64,000 nucleotides of DNA from an uncultured Pelagibacteraceae bacterium (GTDB lineage: Bacteria > Pseudomonadota > Alphaproteobacteria > Pelagibacterales > Pelagibacteraceae): the NCBI GenBank assembly GCA_902514755.1, contig CABXRY010000002.1, forward strand, positions 8,608-72,607, read 5' to 3'. Shown here piece after piece: positions 31,559-42,566 of the stretch. The notes below the pieces were generated by a model that ran no database searches, was not told where the DNA came from, and was given only the letters and a program-made list of their open reading frames with translations. Position 1 is the stretch's first letter. The number at the start of each line of letters is the position of its first letter. The position numbers and the translations under genes are program-made.

Positions 31559-32331
31559 TACAAAAATTTCTCCATTAAATTTAAAGGTTTTAAAATAAGT
31601 CCATTCTCTACTAAGTTTTTTCTTATTGATTTTGCAGTAGCAAGTGAACTTTCATTATCTCCATGTATACATACAGAGTCTATTTCACAAGGTATCTGCT
31701 TTCCACTGTGACAATTAAGTGCCTGATTTTTTACCATATTTAAAACATGTTTTTTAGCCTGTTCTGGATCTGTTATTAGTGCGTGAGATTTTTTTCTAGA
31801 AACTAAGTTTCCATCATCCTCATAGTTTCTGTCAGCAAAAATTTCACAGGCTATTTTCATATTTAATTTTTTTGCTGCTTCCTCCATTTTTGATCCTGTG
31901 GGTACTAAATAAATCATATCATTACTAATATCATTAATAGCTTTAGCCAAAGTAGTTGCTAGTTCGAAATCTTCGCATGCCATATTATTTAATGCACCGT
32001 GTGGTTTAATATGTGTAACTTTTTCCCCATGATTATCAGATATTTTTTGTAAAATATCGTATTGATCGATAATTAATCTTTGTATTTCACTATGAGATAA
32101 ACTCATTCTCTGTCTTCCAAAATTTTCAGGATCGTTAAATGATGGATGGGCTCCAATACTAACACCATTTTTTTTTGAAATTTTTACTACCTGATTCATT
32201 GACTCATTATCACCTGCATGAAAACCACAGGCGACATTAGCTGAATTTACTATTTCAAGTAAATCAGGATCATTCTTATTAGAATGATGTTTAGATTTTT
32301 CACCTAAATCACAATTTATATTAATTTCCAT
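31558..32331 (-). CDS. pxpA: 5-oxoprolinase subunit A (LamB/YcsF family)
   Basis: ININCDLGE, ANVACGFHAGD, HIKPHGALNN, CIHGD. Start moved to ATG 32331 because the longer ORF would overlap pxpB. Confidence 0.9.
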   Translation of the reverse strand: MEININCDLGEKSKHHSNKNDPDLLEIVNSANVACGFHAGDNESMNQVVKISKKNGVSIGAHPSFNDPENFGRQRMSLSHSEIQRLIIDQYDILQKISDNHGEKVTHIKPHGALNNMACEDFELATTLAKAINDISNDMIYLVPTGSKMEEAAKKLNMKIACEIFADRNYEDDGNLVSRKKSHALITDPEQAKKHVLNMVKNQALNCHSGKQIPCEIDSVCIHGDNESSLATAKSIRKNLVENGLILKPLNLMEKFL

Positions 32332-32359
32332 AGTCCAGAATGTTGAAGTATAACATGAC

Positions 32360-33037
32360 ATGATAAAAAATATATCAAATCTTGGTGACGCAGCTTTATA
32401 CTGTGATTTTGGCAAAGAGGTTAATAAAGATATCAATTCTAAAGTAATTAAACTTTTTGAAACCATTAGAGAGAAAAATATAGAAGGGATAAATAACCTC
32501 ACACCTTCTTATAATAAGTTAATTATTTCTTTCGATCTTAAAATAACAAATTTTAAAAAAATTAAAGAAATAGTTGAGAATACTGAAATTAAGGAAACTC
32601 AAAAGTTAAATAGTAAAAAATTAGAAATTCCTGTTTGTTGTGATTCATCATTTTCTTTAGATATTGAAAGGTTAGAAAAAAAATTAAATTTAGATAGAGA
32701 GCAAATTTTAGAAGTTTTTTTTAATAAAGAATTTTTTTGTTATATGACTGGATTTATTGCTGGTATGCCTTTTTTAGGAGATTTAGAGGAAAAAATGAGG
32801 GCACAACGTTTAGAAACTCCTAGAGTAAAAGTACCAAAAGGATCAATAGGACTTACAGAACAATTTGCAAATATCTATACATTTGAAAGTCCTGGTGGCT
32901 GGAACATCATTGGTAATACTCCGTTTAGTGTATTTGATGTTACAAACGAAATAGAACCAAATCTTATTAATCCTGGAGATGAAGTAAAATTTAAAAGAAT
33001 ATCAATGGAAGAGTATAAAGATTTTGATGGAAAATAA
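32360..33037 (+). CDS. pxpB: 5-oxoprolinase subunit B (KipI-like)
   Basis: LGDAAL, GFIAGMPFLG, PRVKVPKGSIG, SPGGWNIIG. Confidence 0.9.
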   Translation: MIKNISNLGDAALYCDFGKEVNKDINSKVIKLFETIREKNIEGINNLTPSYNKLIISFDLKITNFKKIKEIVENTEIKETQKLNSKKLEIPVCCDSSFSLDIERLEKKLNLDREQILEVFFNKEFFCYMTGFIAGMPFLGDLEEKMRAQRLETPRVKVPKGSIGLTEQFANIYTFESPGGWNIIGNTPFSVFDVTNEIEPNLINPGDEVKFKRISMEEYKDFDGK

Positions 33038-33971
33038 TTATTTTGAGATAAAAAGGGCAGGTATTAATACCACTTTTCAAGACAAGGGAAGGAATAATTT
33101 ATACCACATAGGAATTCCTTTTAGTGGAGCTATGGACAATAGAAATTTTCTTTTAGCAAATAAATTAGTTGGGAATAAAGTGGACTCACCAGTTATAGAA
33201 TTTGCATACCAGGGACCTTTATTAAAATTTAATGGTGGCAAGATAACAATTACTGTTACTGGAGATGTTATTTTTAGACTAAATAAAAAGAATAAAGAAA
33301 TAGAAGGAAGATGTTATGAAACCTATCAATTAGAAAAAGGTGATGAAATTGATATTTTATCAACTAATAAATCTGTATATGGTTATTTAGCAATTAGTGG
33401 AGAGTTTGATTTAAAATTTCAATGGGGAAGCTGTTCTATAAATACCAAGGCTAATATTGGTTCAAATGATGGAAAAAAACTTACCGATGGACAAAAAATA
33501 AATATCAATCAAATAAGTTCTATTAAAACAAATAAGAAAATTAATTATTTAAATTCTAAAATAGAAAATATTAGAGTTATTAAAGGCACTAATTTTGATT
33601 ATTTTTCAGAGGAAGGAAAAAAAGTCTTTTTTGAAAAACAATTCATAGTATCTAAATTATCTGACAGAATGGGTATGAGATTAGAAGGTCCAAAAATTGA
33701 AAATATAGTTAACACAAACATTAAATCGGAAGGTTTATTAAGAGGAGTTATACAGGTTCCTCCTGATGGAAATCCAATTATTATGCTGTCAGACCACGGT
33801 ACAATTGGTGGATATCCAAAAATTGGAGTTGTTGCCAGTGTTGATTATGACAGATTGGTTCAAATTTCACCTGGATCAAAAATAAAGTTTAAAGAAATAG
33901 ATTTATCTGATGCAGAAACTTTATTTAAGTTGTATGAGATGGAAACTCAAAATTTAATCTCACAAATTTAA
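33027..33971 (+). CDS. pxpC: 5-oxoprolinase subunit C (KipA-like)
   Basis: TTFQDKGR, SGAMD, SDRMGMRL, QVPPDGNPII, TIGGYPKI. Confidence 0.9.
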   Translation: MENNYFEIKRAGINTTFQDKGRNNLYHIGIPFSGAMDNRNFLLANKLVGNKVDSPVIEFAYQGPLLKFNGGKITITVTGDVIFRLNKKNKEIEGRCYETYQLEKGDEIDILSTNKSVYGYLAISGEFDLKFQWGSCSINTKANIGSNDGKKLTDGQKININQISSIKTNKKINYLNSKIENIRVIKGTNFDYFSEEGKKVFFEKQFIVSKLSDRMGMRLEGPKIENIVNTNIKSEGLLRGVIQVPPDGNPIIMLSDHGTIGGYPKIGVVASVDYDRLVQISPGSKIKFKEIDLSDAETLFKLYEMETQNLISQI

Positions 33972-34849
33972 TGAATTTAATATCAAAATTACCAGGACCT
34001 TTTTTAATTTTTTTAGGTGCTTTTAGTCTAAGTTTTGGTGGGTTAATTGTTAAATCATTTGAAGGCGCAACTTTATGGCAAATATTATTTTGGAGATCTT
34101 TATTTTTCTCATTTACAGTTCTAACTTTTCTTTTAATTAGTTATAAAAAAAAAACATTTAAAGCATTTAAAGACTCTGGTTTTCCAGGATTTTTTGGAGG
34201 TATTATTTTATCTTTAGGTTTCTGTGGATACGTGTTTGCTATGTATAATACTACTGTTGCTAACACAAATTTTATTATTTCACTTCAAATTTTATTTCTT
34301 GCGATATTTGGATATTTTTTTTTAAAAGAGAAGATTTCAGCTATCACATTAACATCAATTATTTTAGCAATGACAGGTGTTTTGCTTATGGTTGGAAATT
34401 CATTAACACCAGGTGAATTATCAGGAAATTTGGCAGCTTTTACAATGCCAATTACTTTTGCGGTTTTAATTATGATAGTAAGGAAATTTCCAACAGTAGA
34501 TATGGTACCTGCTCAATTTGTTGCAGGTATTTGTTCTTGCTTAATTGGTTATTTGCTTTCATCAAAGATAATGATTTCACCTCATGATATTTTTTTAGGT
34601 TTTTTAGCTGGTTGTTTTCAAGTCGGCCTTGGATTTATATTTATAACAACTGGAGCTAGAACAACTCCCTCAGCAATGGTTGGTATAATTATGTTATCAG
34701 AGTCAGTATTAGGACCTATTTGGGCATTTCTATTTGTTAGTGAAAGACCCTCATTATTTGGATTAATTGGAGGAGTAATAATTTTGTTCGCTGTATTTAT
34801 ACAATTTTATTCACTTTTAGCCAAAAGTAAGAAAAGTATTTCAAATTAA
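33971..34849 (+). CDS. DMT/EamA-family transporter
   Basis: About 10 transmembrane segments, FFLKEKI, ESVLGPIWAFLFVSERP. Confidence 0.85.
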   Translation: MNLISKLPGPFLIFLGAFSLSFGGLIVKSFEGATLWQILFWRSLFFSFTVLTFLLISYKKKTFKAFKDSGFPGFFGGIILSLGFCGYVFAMYNTTVANTNFIISLQILFLAIFGYFFLKEKISAITLTSIILAMTGVLLMVGNSLTPGELSGNLAAFTMPITFAVLIMIVRKFPTVDMVPAQFVAGICSCLIGYLLSSKIMISPHDIFLGFLAGCFQVGLGFIFITTGARTTPSAMVGIIMLSESVLGPIWAFLFVSERPSLFGLIGGVIILFAVFIQFYSLLAKSKKSISN

Positions 34850-34970
34850 AATCTATTGATAATTAATATATCCAATTTTTAATTAGTTATCCCAAAATAG
34901 ACATCCATTTTCTTTGACTCCTCATTACTAATCTAGTTTAATTAATTTTAAAATAACTAAAGGGATAATA

Positions 34971-36020
34971 ATGAAAATAATTAAAACTAAACAAATTTGT
35001 AGAACACTTCTCAAAGTGTTTGCAATTGCTTTCTTTGCCCAAGCAGCTTATGCAGAGGTAACTCTTAAGCTTGGGACTACTGGTAGATTGGGAATGCCAA
35101 TCGGTGATGCAATAGATCAAGCATTGATACCGGCTTTGGCAAAAGCATCTGGAGGTAAGATGAAAATCGAACCACATTATCAAAAAAGCTTATGTGCTGA
35201 ACAGAAATGTGGTGAACAAGCCAACCAAGGTCTTATAGCTTTATGGACAAGTTCTACTGCAAACTATGGTAATTTTGGTCCAGAATTAGCAATTTTCGAT
35301 TTACCTTTCATTTTCAAATCACTAGAAGATGCAAAAAGAATATCAGATGAATGGTTAGCAGAAAGGCAGTGTAAACTAGCCCTTGAAAATGCTGGTCATA
35401 TTTGTCTTTCTGTATATTCAAGTGGTGGATTTAGACAACTTGGAAATGCAACCAAACCAGTTCATGTTCCTAATGATATGAAGGGACTGAAATGGCGTAC
35501 TACAAAGAGTCCGGTTGAGTTCATGTTAGTTAAAAATTGGGGTGCAACTCCAACACCTTATGACTGGAGCCAGTTATACTCAGGCCTACAGTCAGGCGTA
35601 GTTGAAGGTCAGTATGTTGCTAGTCCATGGCAACACGTAGCAAAACTTCATGAAGTCGCAAAGTATTTTACTGAAATTGGTGGCATGTGGTCTGGAAATA
35701 TTTTAGCGATGGATGCAAAGCAGTATAATGCATTGTCTGATCAACAGAGAAAATGGTTACACAAGGCAGCTGATGCATATGGAGAAAAAGTAAATGAGTT
35801 GGATAACGCTTGGATTAAGAATGGTGAAGATGCAATTAAAGCTTCTGCTAAAGAGTGGTATGTACCAACTGAAGCGGAAATGTCTAAGTGGAGAGCAGGT
35901 GCAATTGGTGCTTGGTTAGACGCTAAAGGTACTTTTGAACCAGAGGTAGCTAAAAGAGTTCTTCTAGAACAAGGAATGGATGGATTTGTGGCTCAGTTAG
36001 AGAAAGCTGGGGCTCTGTAA
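34971..36020 (+). CDS. TRAP transporter substrate-binding protein (DctP family)
   Basis: FDLPFIF, GFRQL, MKGLKWR, WGATPTP, LYSGLQSGVVEGQ; signal peptide. Confidence 0.9.
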   Translation: MKIIKTKQICRTLLKVFAIAFFAQAAYAEVTLKLGTTGRLGMPIGDAIDQALIPALAKASGGKMKIEPHYQKSLCAEQKCGEQANQGLIALWTSSTANYGNFGPELAIFDLPFIFKSLEDAKRISDEWLAERQCKLALENAGHICLSVYSSGGFRQLGNATKPVHVPNDMKGLKWRTTKSPVEFMLVKNWGATPTPYDWSQLYSGLQSGVVEGQYVASPWQHVAKLHEVAKYFTEIGGMWSGNILAMDAKQYNALSDQQRKWLHKAADAYGEKVNELDNAWIKNGEDAIKASAKEWYVPTEAEMSKWRAGAIGAWLDAKGTFEPEVAKRVLLEQGMDGFVAQLEKAGAL

Positions 36021-36039
36021 ATCGTTCGAAGAAAACTGT

Positions 36040-36082
36040 GTAAAGATCATTTAGCTCGATTTAAGAGTTAGATGATCTTTAC
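36040..36082 (+). other. 18-bp stem-loop after the TRAP SBP gene (likely mRNA-stabilising hairpin, no U-tract)
   Basis: gtaaagatcatttagctc / gagttagatgatctttac. Confidence 0.7.
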
Positions 36083-36111
36083 CTTAAACAATTCATAACA
36101 TATAAGTATCT

Positions 36112-37395
36112 ATGGAAAGCATCATTTTACTCGTAGTACTCCTTTTTCTAATCTTATTAGGTGCTCCCATTGGCTTCATATTAATTCTTATACCATTTGT
36201 TTATATTTTATTTACCGACGCTGTACCGCTTGTTTTGATCCCTAGTCAAATGTTTAACGCTATCGACTCGGTGCCATTAACTGCAATAGCATTCTTTATG
36301 TTAACGGGTGAGTTAATGACAAGCGCAACAATTACAGACCGTTTAGTAGCTTTGAGTAGGGCATTAATCGGACGTATACGAGGAGGGTTGGCCCAAGTTA
36401 ATGTTCTTGTGAGTATGTTTTTTGCAGGGATGAATGGTTCTGTGGTAGCAGATACAGCAACAGTTGGAGCATTAGTTTTACCAGCTATGAAAAAAGCTGG
36501 TTATCCTGCTGCGTTCTCGGCTGCAGTTACAGGTGTAAGTTCAACTATAGGAGGGATAATTCCCCCTAGTATCATGATGATTGTTCTTGCTAACTCAACT
36601 GAGATTTCAATTGCAGCATTATTCGCTGCTGGGATTATTCCTGGTGTGTTGATAGGTGTTGTAATCATGATAATCAATCATTACTTCGCAATTAAATATA
36701 ACTTCGAGCGTAGTGACGAACCATTTTCTATACGTCGAGCTGGTAAAGAATTATATCGATCGTCTTTTGCCCTTCTAATACCTTTAGTTTTAGTGGGTTC
36801 AGTAATGGGTGGCGTTGCATCAGTTGTTGAGGCTGGCGCTATCACAGCAATGGTTGCTTTATTAACAGGTGTATTCGTTTATCGAACTATTAAATGGAAA
36901 GAATGCACGGGTGCTTTTCGTCGGGCGTTCCGTAATTCAGCAATGGTTTTTATTATCATAGCTGCTTCTGGACCCTTCAGTTGGTTACTTACCTCTTTAG
37001 GTGCAATAGGTGATCTTGAAAGCTGGCTTCTAAGCCTTACGGATTCACCTATTATTTTTATTTTAGCTGTGATTTTATTCATTTTTCTTCTTGGAACAGT
37101 AATGGACTCAGCGGTAAACATTATTATAGTTGGCCCAGTACTAGTTAACGTTATGGCTCAAGCTGGCTTTCCTGAGGTACAAGCAGCTATCGTTGTCATA
37201 GTTGGCTTTTTAATAGGATCAGTGACACCACCTGTTGGTGTTGCGTATTTTACTGCTGCTACGATTGCTCAAGTACGTCTCGAAAAGGTAGCAGTTGCAT
37301 TAATTCCTTATCTTGTTGGGCTGTTTTTACTTTTATTTTTTATTCTTGTTATTCCTGAATTAACCATGTTTCTTCCAAACCTAATGAGTAATTAG
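36112..37395 (+). CDS. TRAP transporter large permease (DctM family)
   Basis: GGLAQVNV..SMFFAGMNGS, IIPPSI, LFAAGIIPG, TPPVG. Confidence 0.92.
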   Translation: MESIILLVVLLFLILLGAPIGFILILIPFVYILFTDAVPLVLIPSQMFNAIDSVPLTAIAFFMLTGELMTSATITDRLVALSRALIGRIRGGLAQVNVLVSMFFAGMNGSVVADTATVGALVLPAMKKAGYPAAFSAAVTGVSSTIGGIIPPSIMMIVLANSTEISIAALFAAGIIPGVLIGVVIMIINHYFAIKYNFERSDEPFSIRRAGKELYRSSFALLIPLVLVGSVMGGVASVVEAGAITAMVALLTGVFVYRTIKWKECTGAFRRAFRNSAMVFIIIAASGPFSWLLTSLGAIGDLESWLLSLTDSPIIFILAVILFIFLLGTVMDSAVNIIIVGPVLVNVMAQAGFPEVQAAIVVIVGFLIGSVTPPVGVAYFTAATIAQVRLEKVAVALIPYLVGLFLLLFFILVIPELTMFLPNLMSN

Positions 37396-37399
37396 TGAT

Positions 37400-37909
37400 A
37401 TGTTAAAATTTTTAAATAACATTGATCGTTCTATCCATCGTATATTGGAAGCTATGTGCTCACTATTTTTGGCTGCGATGGTTGGTTTCACTATTTATAA
37501 CGTTACCATGCGATATGTTTTTAATAACCCTCCCGTTTGGGGTGATCTGCTAACAGTATTAAGTAATATTTGGTTGATGTTTATAGCACTTTCTCTGACA
37601 GCAAGAGATAATGAACATATAGCTTTAAATTTAATTTATGAAAAATTACCAAATAGACTTTCACTATATATACGCCAGTTCTGGAAAGTTATGATTATGG
37701 TAATTGGTATAGTCTTGATGATTTATGGAGTTGAACTAGTAGAGGGTATGCGAGGTAAATACTGGGAAATGTGGTATTTTGAAATTAGTTTCCAAGGTAT
37801 TGAGTTCAAAGAAAATTATATGCCAAAAAAATATGCAGTTGCAATCTTGCCGTTAGCAGGATTTTTGACGACTATTGGTGCATTAATTTCTTTTGTGAAA
37901 AAGGTCTAG
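37400..37909 (+). CDS. TRAP transporter small permease (DctQ family)
   Basis: Four transmembrane segments, NVTMRYVFNNPPVWGD, HIALNL. Confidence 0.88.
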   Translation: MLKFLNNIDRSIHRILEAMCSLFLAAMVGFTIYNVTMRYVFNNPPVWGDLLTVLSNIWLMFIALSLTARDNEHIALNLIYEKLPNRLSLYIRQFWKVMIMVIGIVLMIYGVELVEGMRGKYWEMWYFEISFQGIEFKENYMPKKYAVAILPLAGFLTTIGALISFVKKV

Positions 37910-38020
37910 TTTAGCATTTATTCTTATTTATCATCTTGATTTACCCAGGTGTTCTTTAGGGTGTACAAATAGTACAAATTTTGATAGTTTAATTATGTTA
38001 GCAAATTGTTTATCAATTTA

Positions 38021-38192
38021 TGCTGATGTAGACGGGAGACAAAATAGAGCCTTTTTTTTAAGGAAAATCATTTGGCCGAAGGAGCAACCACCCAGGAAAC
38101 TCTCAGGCAAAAAGGACCGTAACATATTAACTCTGGAAAGAGATTTAATTCTCGCCGAAGGAGCAAAACTCTCAGGCAAATATACAGATGGG
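38021..38192 (+). ncRNA. Tandem glycine riboswitch
   Basis: Two aptamers, each with GGA(G/A)A...CCGAAGGAGCAA...ACTCTCAGGCAAA, directly upstream of gcvT; boundaries approximate. Confidence 0.95.
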
Positions 38193-38206
38193 TAAAACGA
38201 GTTAAT

Positions 38207-39310
38207 ATGGAAATAAAAAAAACGTCATTAAATAATCTACACAAAGACAATCAAGCTAAATTTGTAGAGTTTGCAGGTTATGAAATGCCAATACAATACA
38301 GCAATGGTATTATCGAAGAACATAAATTTACAAGACTTCATTCTGGAATATTTGATGTATCTCACATGGGTCAATTGTTCATATATGGCGATGAAAGCTT
38401 AACAGAAGAATTAGAAAAAATTTTTCCTTTAGATTTAAAAAATCTTAAACAAAACAGCTCTAAGTATAGTTTTTTAATGAATGACGATGCTGGAATTTAT
38501 GATGATCTAATTATTACTAAAATTGAGGATGGATATTTAATTATACTAAATGCTGCATGCAAAGAAAAAGATTTTGAGATTTTATTCAATTTACTAGGTA
38601 CGAAATTTAAAATGAATTTAGACAACAATAGATCATTAATAGCAATACAGGGACCAAAGTCTGTTGAAATCTTAAACTCAATTATAAACGGGGTCGACCA
38701 ATTACATTTTATGTCGGGAAATTGGTTTAATTCAGATAATCAGAAATTATTTGTAACCAGATCGGGTTACACAGGGGAGGATGGATTTGAAGTATCAATT
38801 TCTAACGATAAAGCTGAAAAGTTTGTGCAAAATTTAATTAAAAAAGGAGCACAACTTATAGGACTTGGGGCAAGAGATACCTTGAGATTGGAAGCTGGTT
38901 TATGTTTATATGGCCACGAATTAGATATTAATAAAACACCAATTGAAGCAAACCTTAAATGGGCAATCTCAAAATCAAGATTGTCAAATGGAGGTTTTAT
39001 TGGATCAGAAAAAATTATAAACCAAATACAAGATGGAGCAAACCAAGTAAGAGTTGGAATAAAACCTGAGGGTAGATTGATTGCTAGAGAAAAAACAAAA
39101 ATATTTAATGATATAGAGTCACAAATTGGCGAGATAACAAGTGGAACGTATGGGCCAAGTGTAAATGGTCCTATAGCGATGGGTTATGTTGATAAAGAGT
39201 TTTCAAAAGTTGATACTAAGATTTTGCTTGAGGTTAGAGGAAAAAAATATCCAGCAAATATTTGTGCATTACCATTTTATAAAAAAAATTATGTGAAAGG
39301 AGTGAATTAA
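38207..39310 (+). CDS. gcvT: Glycine cleavage system aminomethyltransferase T
   Basis: [46 protein letters not shown]. Confidence 0.97.
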   Translation: MEIKKTSLNNLHKDNQAKFVEFAGYEMPIQYSNGIIEEHKFTRLHSGIFDVSHMGQLFIYGDESLTEELEKIFPLDLKNLKQNSSKYSFLMNDDAGIYDDLIITKIEDGYLIILNAACKEKDFEILFNLLGTKFKMNLDNNRSLIAIQGPKSVEILNSIINGVDQLHFMSGNWFNSDNQKLFVTRSGYTGEDGFEVSISNDKAEKFVQNLIKKGAQLIGLGARDTLRLEAGLCLYGHELDINKTPIEANLKWAISKSRLSNGGFIGSEKIINQIQDGANQVRVGIKPEGRLIAREKTKIFNDIESQIGEITSGTYGPSVNGPIAMGYVDKEFSKVDTKILLEVRGKKYPANICALPFYKKNYVKGVN

Positions 39311-39690
39311 TGAGTGAAGTAAAATTTTCGAAAGAACATGAGTGGATTACTTTAGAGGGAGATATAGCTACAATAGGAATTACAAAGCATGCAACAGAAA
39401 TGCTTGGAGATATAGTTTTTGCAGAACTTCCTGAAAAAGGATCTAACGTTGAAAAAGACGGAACTGCAGGAGTGGTAGAGTCTACAAAAGCTGCTAGTGA
39501 TGTTTATACTCCAGTTAGCGGTGAAGTGTTAGACACTAATCAGTCTATAGTAGATGACCCTGCCAAAATTAATGAGGACCCCGAAGGTGGTGCATGGTTT
39601 TTTAAACTGAAAATTAAAGACTCATCAGAGCTAGATACTTTAATGAACAAAGAAGAATATGATAAATTTGCAAAGGAGACATCAAACTAA
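39310..39690 (+). CDS. gcvH: Glycine cleavage system H protein
   Basis: [12 protein letters not shown] lipoyl lysine. Confidence 0.97.
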   Translation: MSEVKFSKEHEWITLEGDIATIGITKHATEMLGDIVFAELPEKGSNVEKDGTAGVVESTKAASDVYTPVSGEVLDTNQSIVDDPAKINEDPEGGAWFFKLKIKDSSELDTLMNKEEYDKFAKETSN

Positions 39691-42560
39691 TGCTACATAA
39701 TTCACAAAAAGATTTTATTAGAAGACACATAGGTCCATCAGAAAAAGACCAAGAAAAAATGCTTAAAGATCTAAACTTTAAGTCATTAGATGAATTTATT
39801 AACAGTACCATACCAGAAAAAATTCAGTTTAAAGGTGAATTAAATATCGGAGAACCAAATTCAGAATATGAAGCTTTGAGAAAATTAAAAGCAATTTCAA
39901 AAAAAAACCAAATTTATTCAAATTTTATAGGCATGGGCTATTATGGAACCTACACACCATATGTAATTTTAAGAAATATATTAGAAAATCCAGGTTGGTA
40001 TACATCGTATACACCTTATCAGCCTGAAGTAGCTCAAGGTAGATTAGAGATGCTATTAAACTTTCAACAAATGATTGTTGATTTTACAGGAATGGATATA
40101 GCAAACGCGTCTTTACTTGATGAAGGAACAGCAGCTGCCGAAGCTATGGGTTTAAGTCACAGGCTTAATAAAAGTGATAGCAATTTAGTTTTTGTTTCAG
40201 AGAATTGTCATCCACAAACAATTGATGTTATTCAAACTAGAGCAGAACCAATGGGTCTTAAAGTCCTTGTTGGAAACGAGGATAAAGTTCTAGAGCAATT
40301 AAAAGAAGATATTGTTTGTGGAGTTTTACAATATCCAGGAACTTTAGGAGATATTAAAGACCCTAGCGAGGCTATAAGTAAAATTCATAAAAAAAATGGA
40401 AAAGCAATTTTAGTTTGCGACCTCCTCGCGCTTTCTATGCTAAAAACACCAAGAGAGCTTGGAGCTGATATTGCAGTCGGTAGCTCCCAAAGGTTTGGTA
40501 TTCCTATGGGTTATGGAGGGCCTCATGCAGCCTTTTTTGCAACAAAAGATGAATATAAACGATCTATGCCAGGTAGGATTGTTGGGGTTTCAGTGGATAG
40601 GCATGGAAACAAGGCTTATAGATTGTCTTTACAAACTAGAGAACAACACATTAGAAGAGACAAAGCTACAAGTAATATTTGTACTGCTCAAGCTTTACTG
40701 GCGATTGTTTCAGCAGCATATGTTATCTATCACGGTCCAGATGGAATTAAGAGTATATCTGAAAGAGTATCTCAACTAGCTAAAAATTTTGCTGATAAAA
40801 TTAAGCAATCTGGATACGAATTATACTCAGATTATTTTTTTGATACAGTAACCATTATTACTAAAGAAAAGACTGATCAGATTTTCAAAAATGCTCTAGA
40901 TCAAAAAGTAAATATTAGAAAAGTAAATTCAGAAATGTTGTCTGTTTCTTTTGACGAAAGAAAAAATGTTTATAGAGTAAATCAACTATTGAAAATCTTT
41001 AATGCTGCGGAGTCAATTAAAAAAGAGGATCCTACTGTAAGTTTACCAAATTTACCTAAGAATTTATTAAGAACTTCAAAATATTTAGAACATCCTGTTT
41101 TCAATTCATATCACTCAGAGACCGAGATGCTTAGATATCTTAAAAAATTAGAAGATAAAGATATAGCTCTTAACAGAACAATGATTGCTCTAGGTTCATG
41201 TACTATGAAATTAAATGCTACAGCAGAAATGATACCTATTTCGTGGAGAGAATTGGCAGAGCCCCATCCATTTGTACCTGTTGAACAGATGGAGGGATAT
41301 AGAGAAATGTTCACAGATCTTAAAAATTGGTTAAGATCTATCACTGGTTTTTCTGGTGTTTCACTTCAGCCAAATGCAGGAGCCCAAGGTGAGTATGCAG
41401 GGTTAATGGTAATAAGAAAATATCATTTAGATAGAGGGGATGAAAATAGAAAAATATGTTTAATACCAAGCTCAGCACATGGAACTAACCCGGCAAGTGC
41501 ACAGATGGTTGGAATGAAAGTTGTAGTTGTTGATTGTGATAAAGAGGGAAATGTTGACTTTGAAGATTTAAAGAAAAAAGCAGAATTGCATTCAGATAAT
41601 CTTGGTGCATTAATGGTAACATACCCGTCAACACATGGAGTATTTGAAGAAAAAATTAAAGATATATGTGAAGTAATTCATCAGCATGGTGGTCAAGTTT
41701 ATATGGATGGAGCTAACTTAAATGCACTTGTTGGTGTGGCAAAACCAGGAAATTTTGGTCCTGATGTTTGTCATATAAACTTGCATAAAACATTTTGTAT
41801 CCCACATGGTGGAGGAGGACCTGGAATGGGACCTATAGCATGTAAAAGACATTTACAAGTTTATCTACCTAATCATCCAGTTGTGAAAGATTGTGGACCC
41901 GCAAGTGGAATAGGTGCTGTTTCAGCAGCTCCTTGGGGAAGTTCAAGTATTTTATCAATTTCTTGGATGTATATTAAGATGATGGGATCCGAGGGAGTAA
42001 AACTTGCAACACATATTGCAATACTAAATGCAAACTATATAGCAAATAGATTGAAAGACCATTTTCCAATTCTTTATAAAGGCTCAAATGGAAATGTGGC
42101 TCATGAATGTATAATTGATATACGATCTATTAAAAGTGAAATAGGGATTACTGAAGAAGATATAGCTAAAAGATTGATAGATTATGGATTTCACGCACCA
42201 ACAATGTCATGGCCAGTTGCTGGCACAATGATGATCGAACCAACAGAAAGTGAGAGCTTATCCGAACTAGATAGATTTTGTGATACTTTAATTAAAATTA
42301 AATCTGAAATAGATATGATCAAGTCAGGCAAATTTGACAAAGTTGATAATCCAATTAAAAATGCACCACATACTGATATTGAATTAGCTTCAGATGAATG
42401 GAACCATAAATATTCAAGAGAGCAAGCTGCATATCCAGCAAAATTCTTAAAAGCAAATAAATTTTGGCCTCCAGTTGCAAGAGTGGATAATGTATATGGA
42501 GATAAAAATATTTTTTGTACTTGTCCAAGTATGGATGAATTTAAAGAAGATGCAGCATAA
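39690..42560 (+). CDS. gcvP: Glycine dehydrogenase (decarboxylating), P protein
   Basis: YTPYQPEVAQGRLE, HINLHKTFCIPHGGGGPG PLP lysine. Confidence 0.98.
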   Translation: MLHNSQKDFIRRHIGPSEKDQEKMLKDLNFKSLDEFINSTIPEKIQFKGELNIGEPNSEYEALRKLKAISKKNQIYSNFIGMGYYGTYTPYVILRNILENPGWYTSYTPYQPEVAQGRLEMLLNFQQMIVDFTGMDIANASLLDEGTAAAEAMGLSHRLNKSDSNLVFVSENCHPQTIDVIQTRAEPMGLKVLVGNEDKVLEQLKEDIVCGVLQYPGTLGDIKDPSEAISKIHKKNGKAILVCDLLALSMLKTPRELGADIAVGSSQRFGIPMGYGGPHAAFFATKDEYKRSMPGRIVGVSVDRHGNKAYRLSLQTREQHIRRDKATSNICTAQALLAIVSAAYVIYHGPDGIKSISERVSQLAKNFADKIKQSGYELYSDYFFDTVTIITKEKTDQIFKNALDQKVNIRKVNSEMLSVSFDERKNVYRVNQLLKIFNAAESIKKEDPTVSLPNLPKNLLRTSKYLEHPVFNSYHSETEMLRYLKKLEDKDIALNRTMIALGSCTMKLNATAEMIPISWRELAEPHPFVPVEQMEGYREMFTDLKNWLRSITGFSGVSLQPNAGAQGEYAGLMVIRKYHLDRGDENRKICLIPSSAHGTNPASAQMVGMKVVVVDCDKEGNVDFEDLKKKAELHSDNLGALMVTYPSTHGVFEEKIKDICEVIHQHGGQVYMDGANLNALVGVAKPGNFGPDVCHINLHKTFCIPHGGGGPGMGPIACKRHLQVYLPNHPVVKDCGPASGIGAVSAAPWGSSSILSISWMYIKMMGSEGVKLATHIAILNANYIANRLKDHFPILYKGSNGNVAHECIIDIRSIKSEIGITEEDIAKRLIDYGFHAPTMSWPVAGTMMIEPTESESLSELDRFCDTLIKIKSEIDMIKSGKFDKVDNPIKNAPHTDIELASDEWNHKYSREQAAYPAKFLKANKFWPPVARVDNVYGDKNIFCTCPSMDEFKEDAA

Positions 42561-42566
42561 TAATTA

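Noticed and set aside
32332-32502. N-terminal extension of pxpA in the ORF track
   Set aside because: It overlaps pxpB on the opposite strand; family homology starts at MEININCDLGE.
34883-34968. Anti-SD pairing (ttagttatccc with gggataa) as a riboswitch for the TRAP operon
   Set aside because: Short AT-rich complementarity that probably lies upstream of the putative ttgact promoter; no aptamer motif recognised.
37995-38250. 66-aa and 60-aa ORFs upstream of gcvT
   Set aside because: They overlap the glycine riboswitch and are best explained as chance ORFs.
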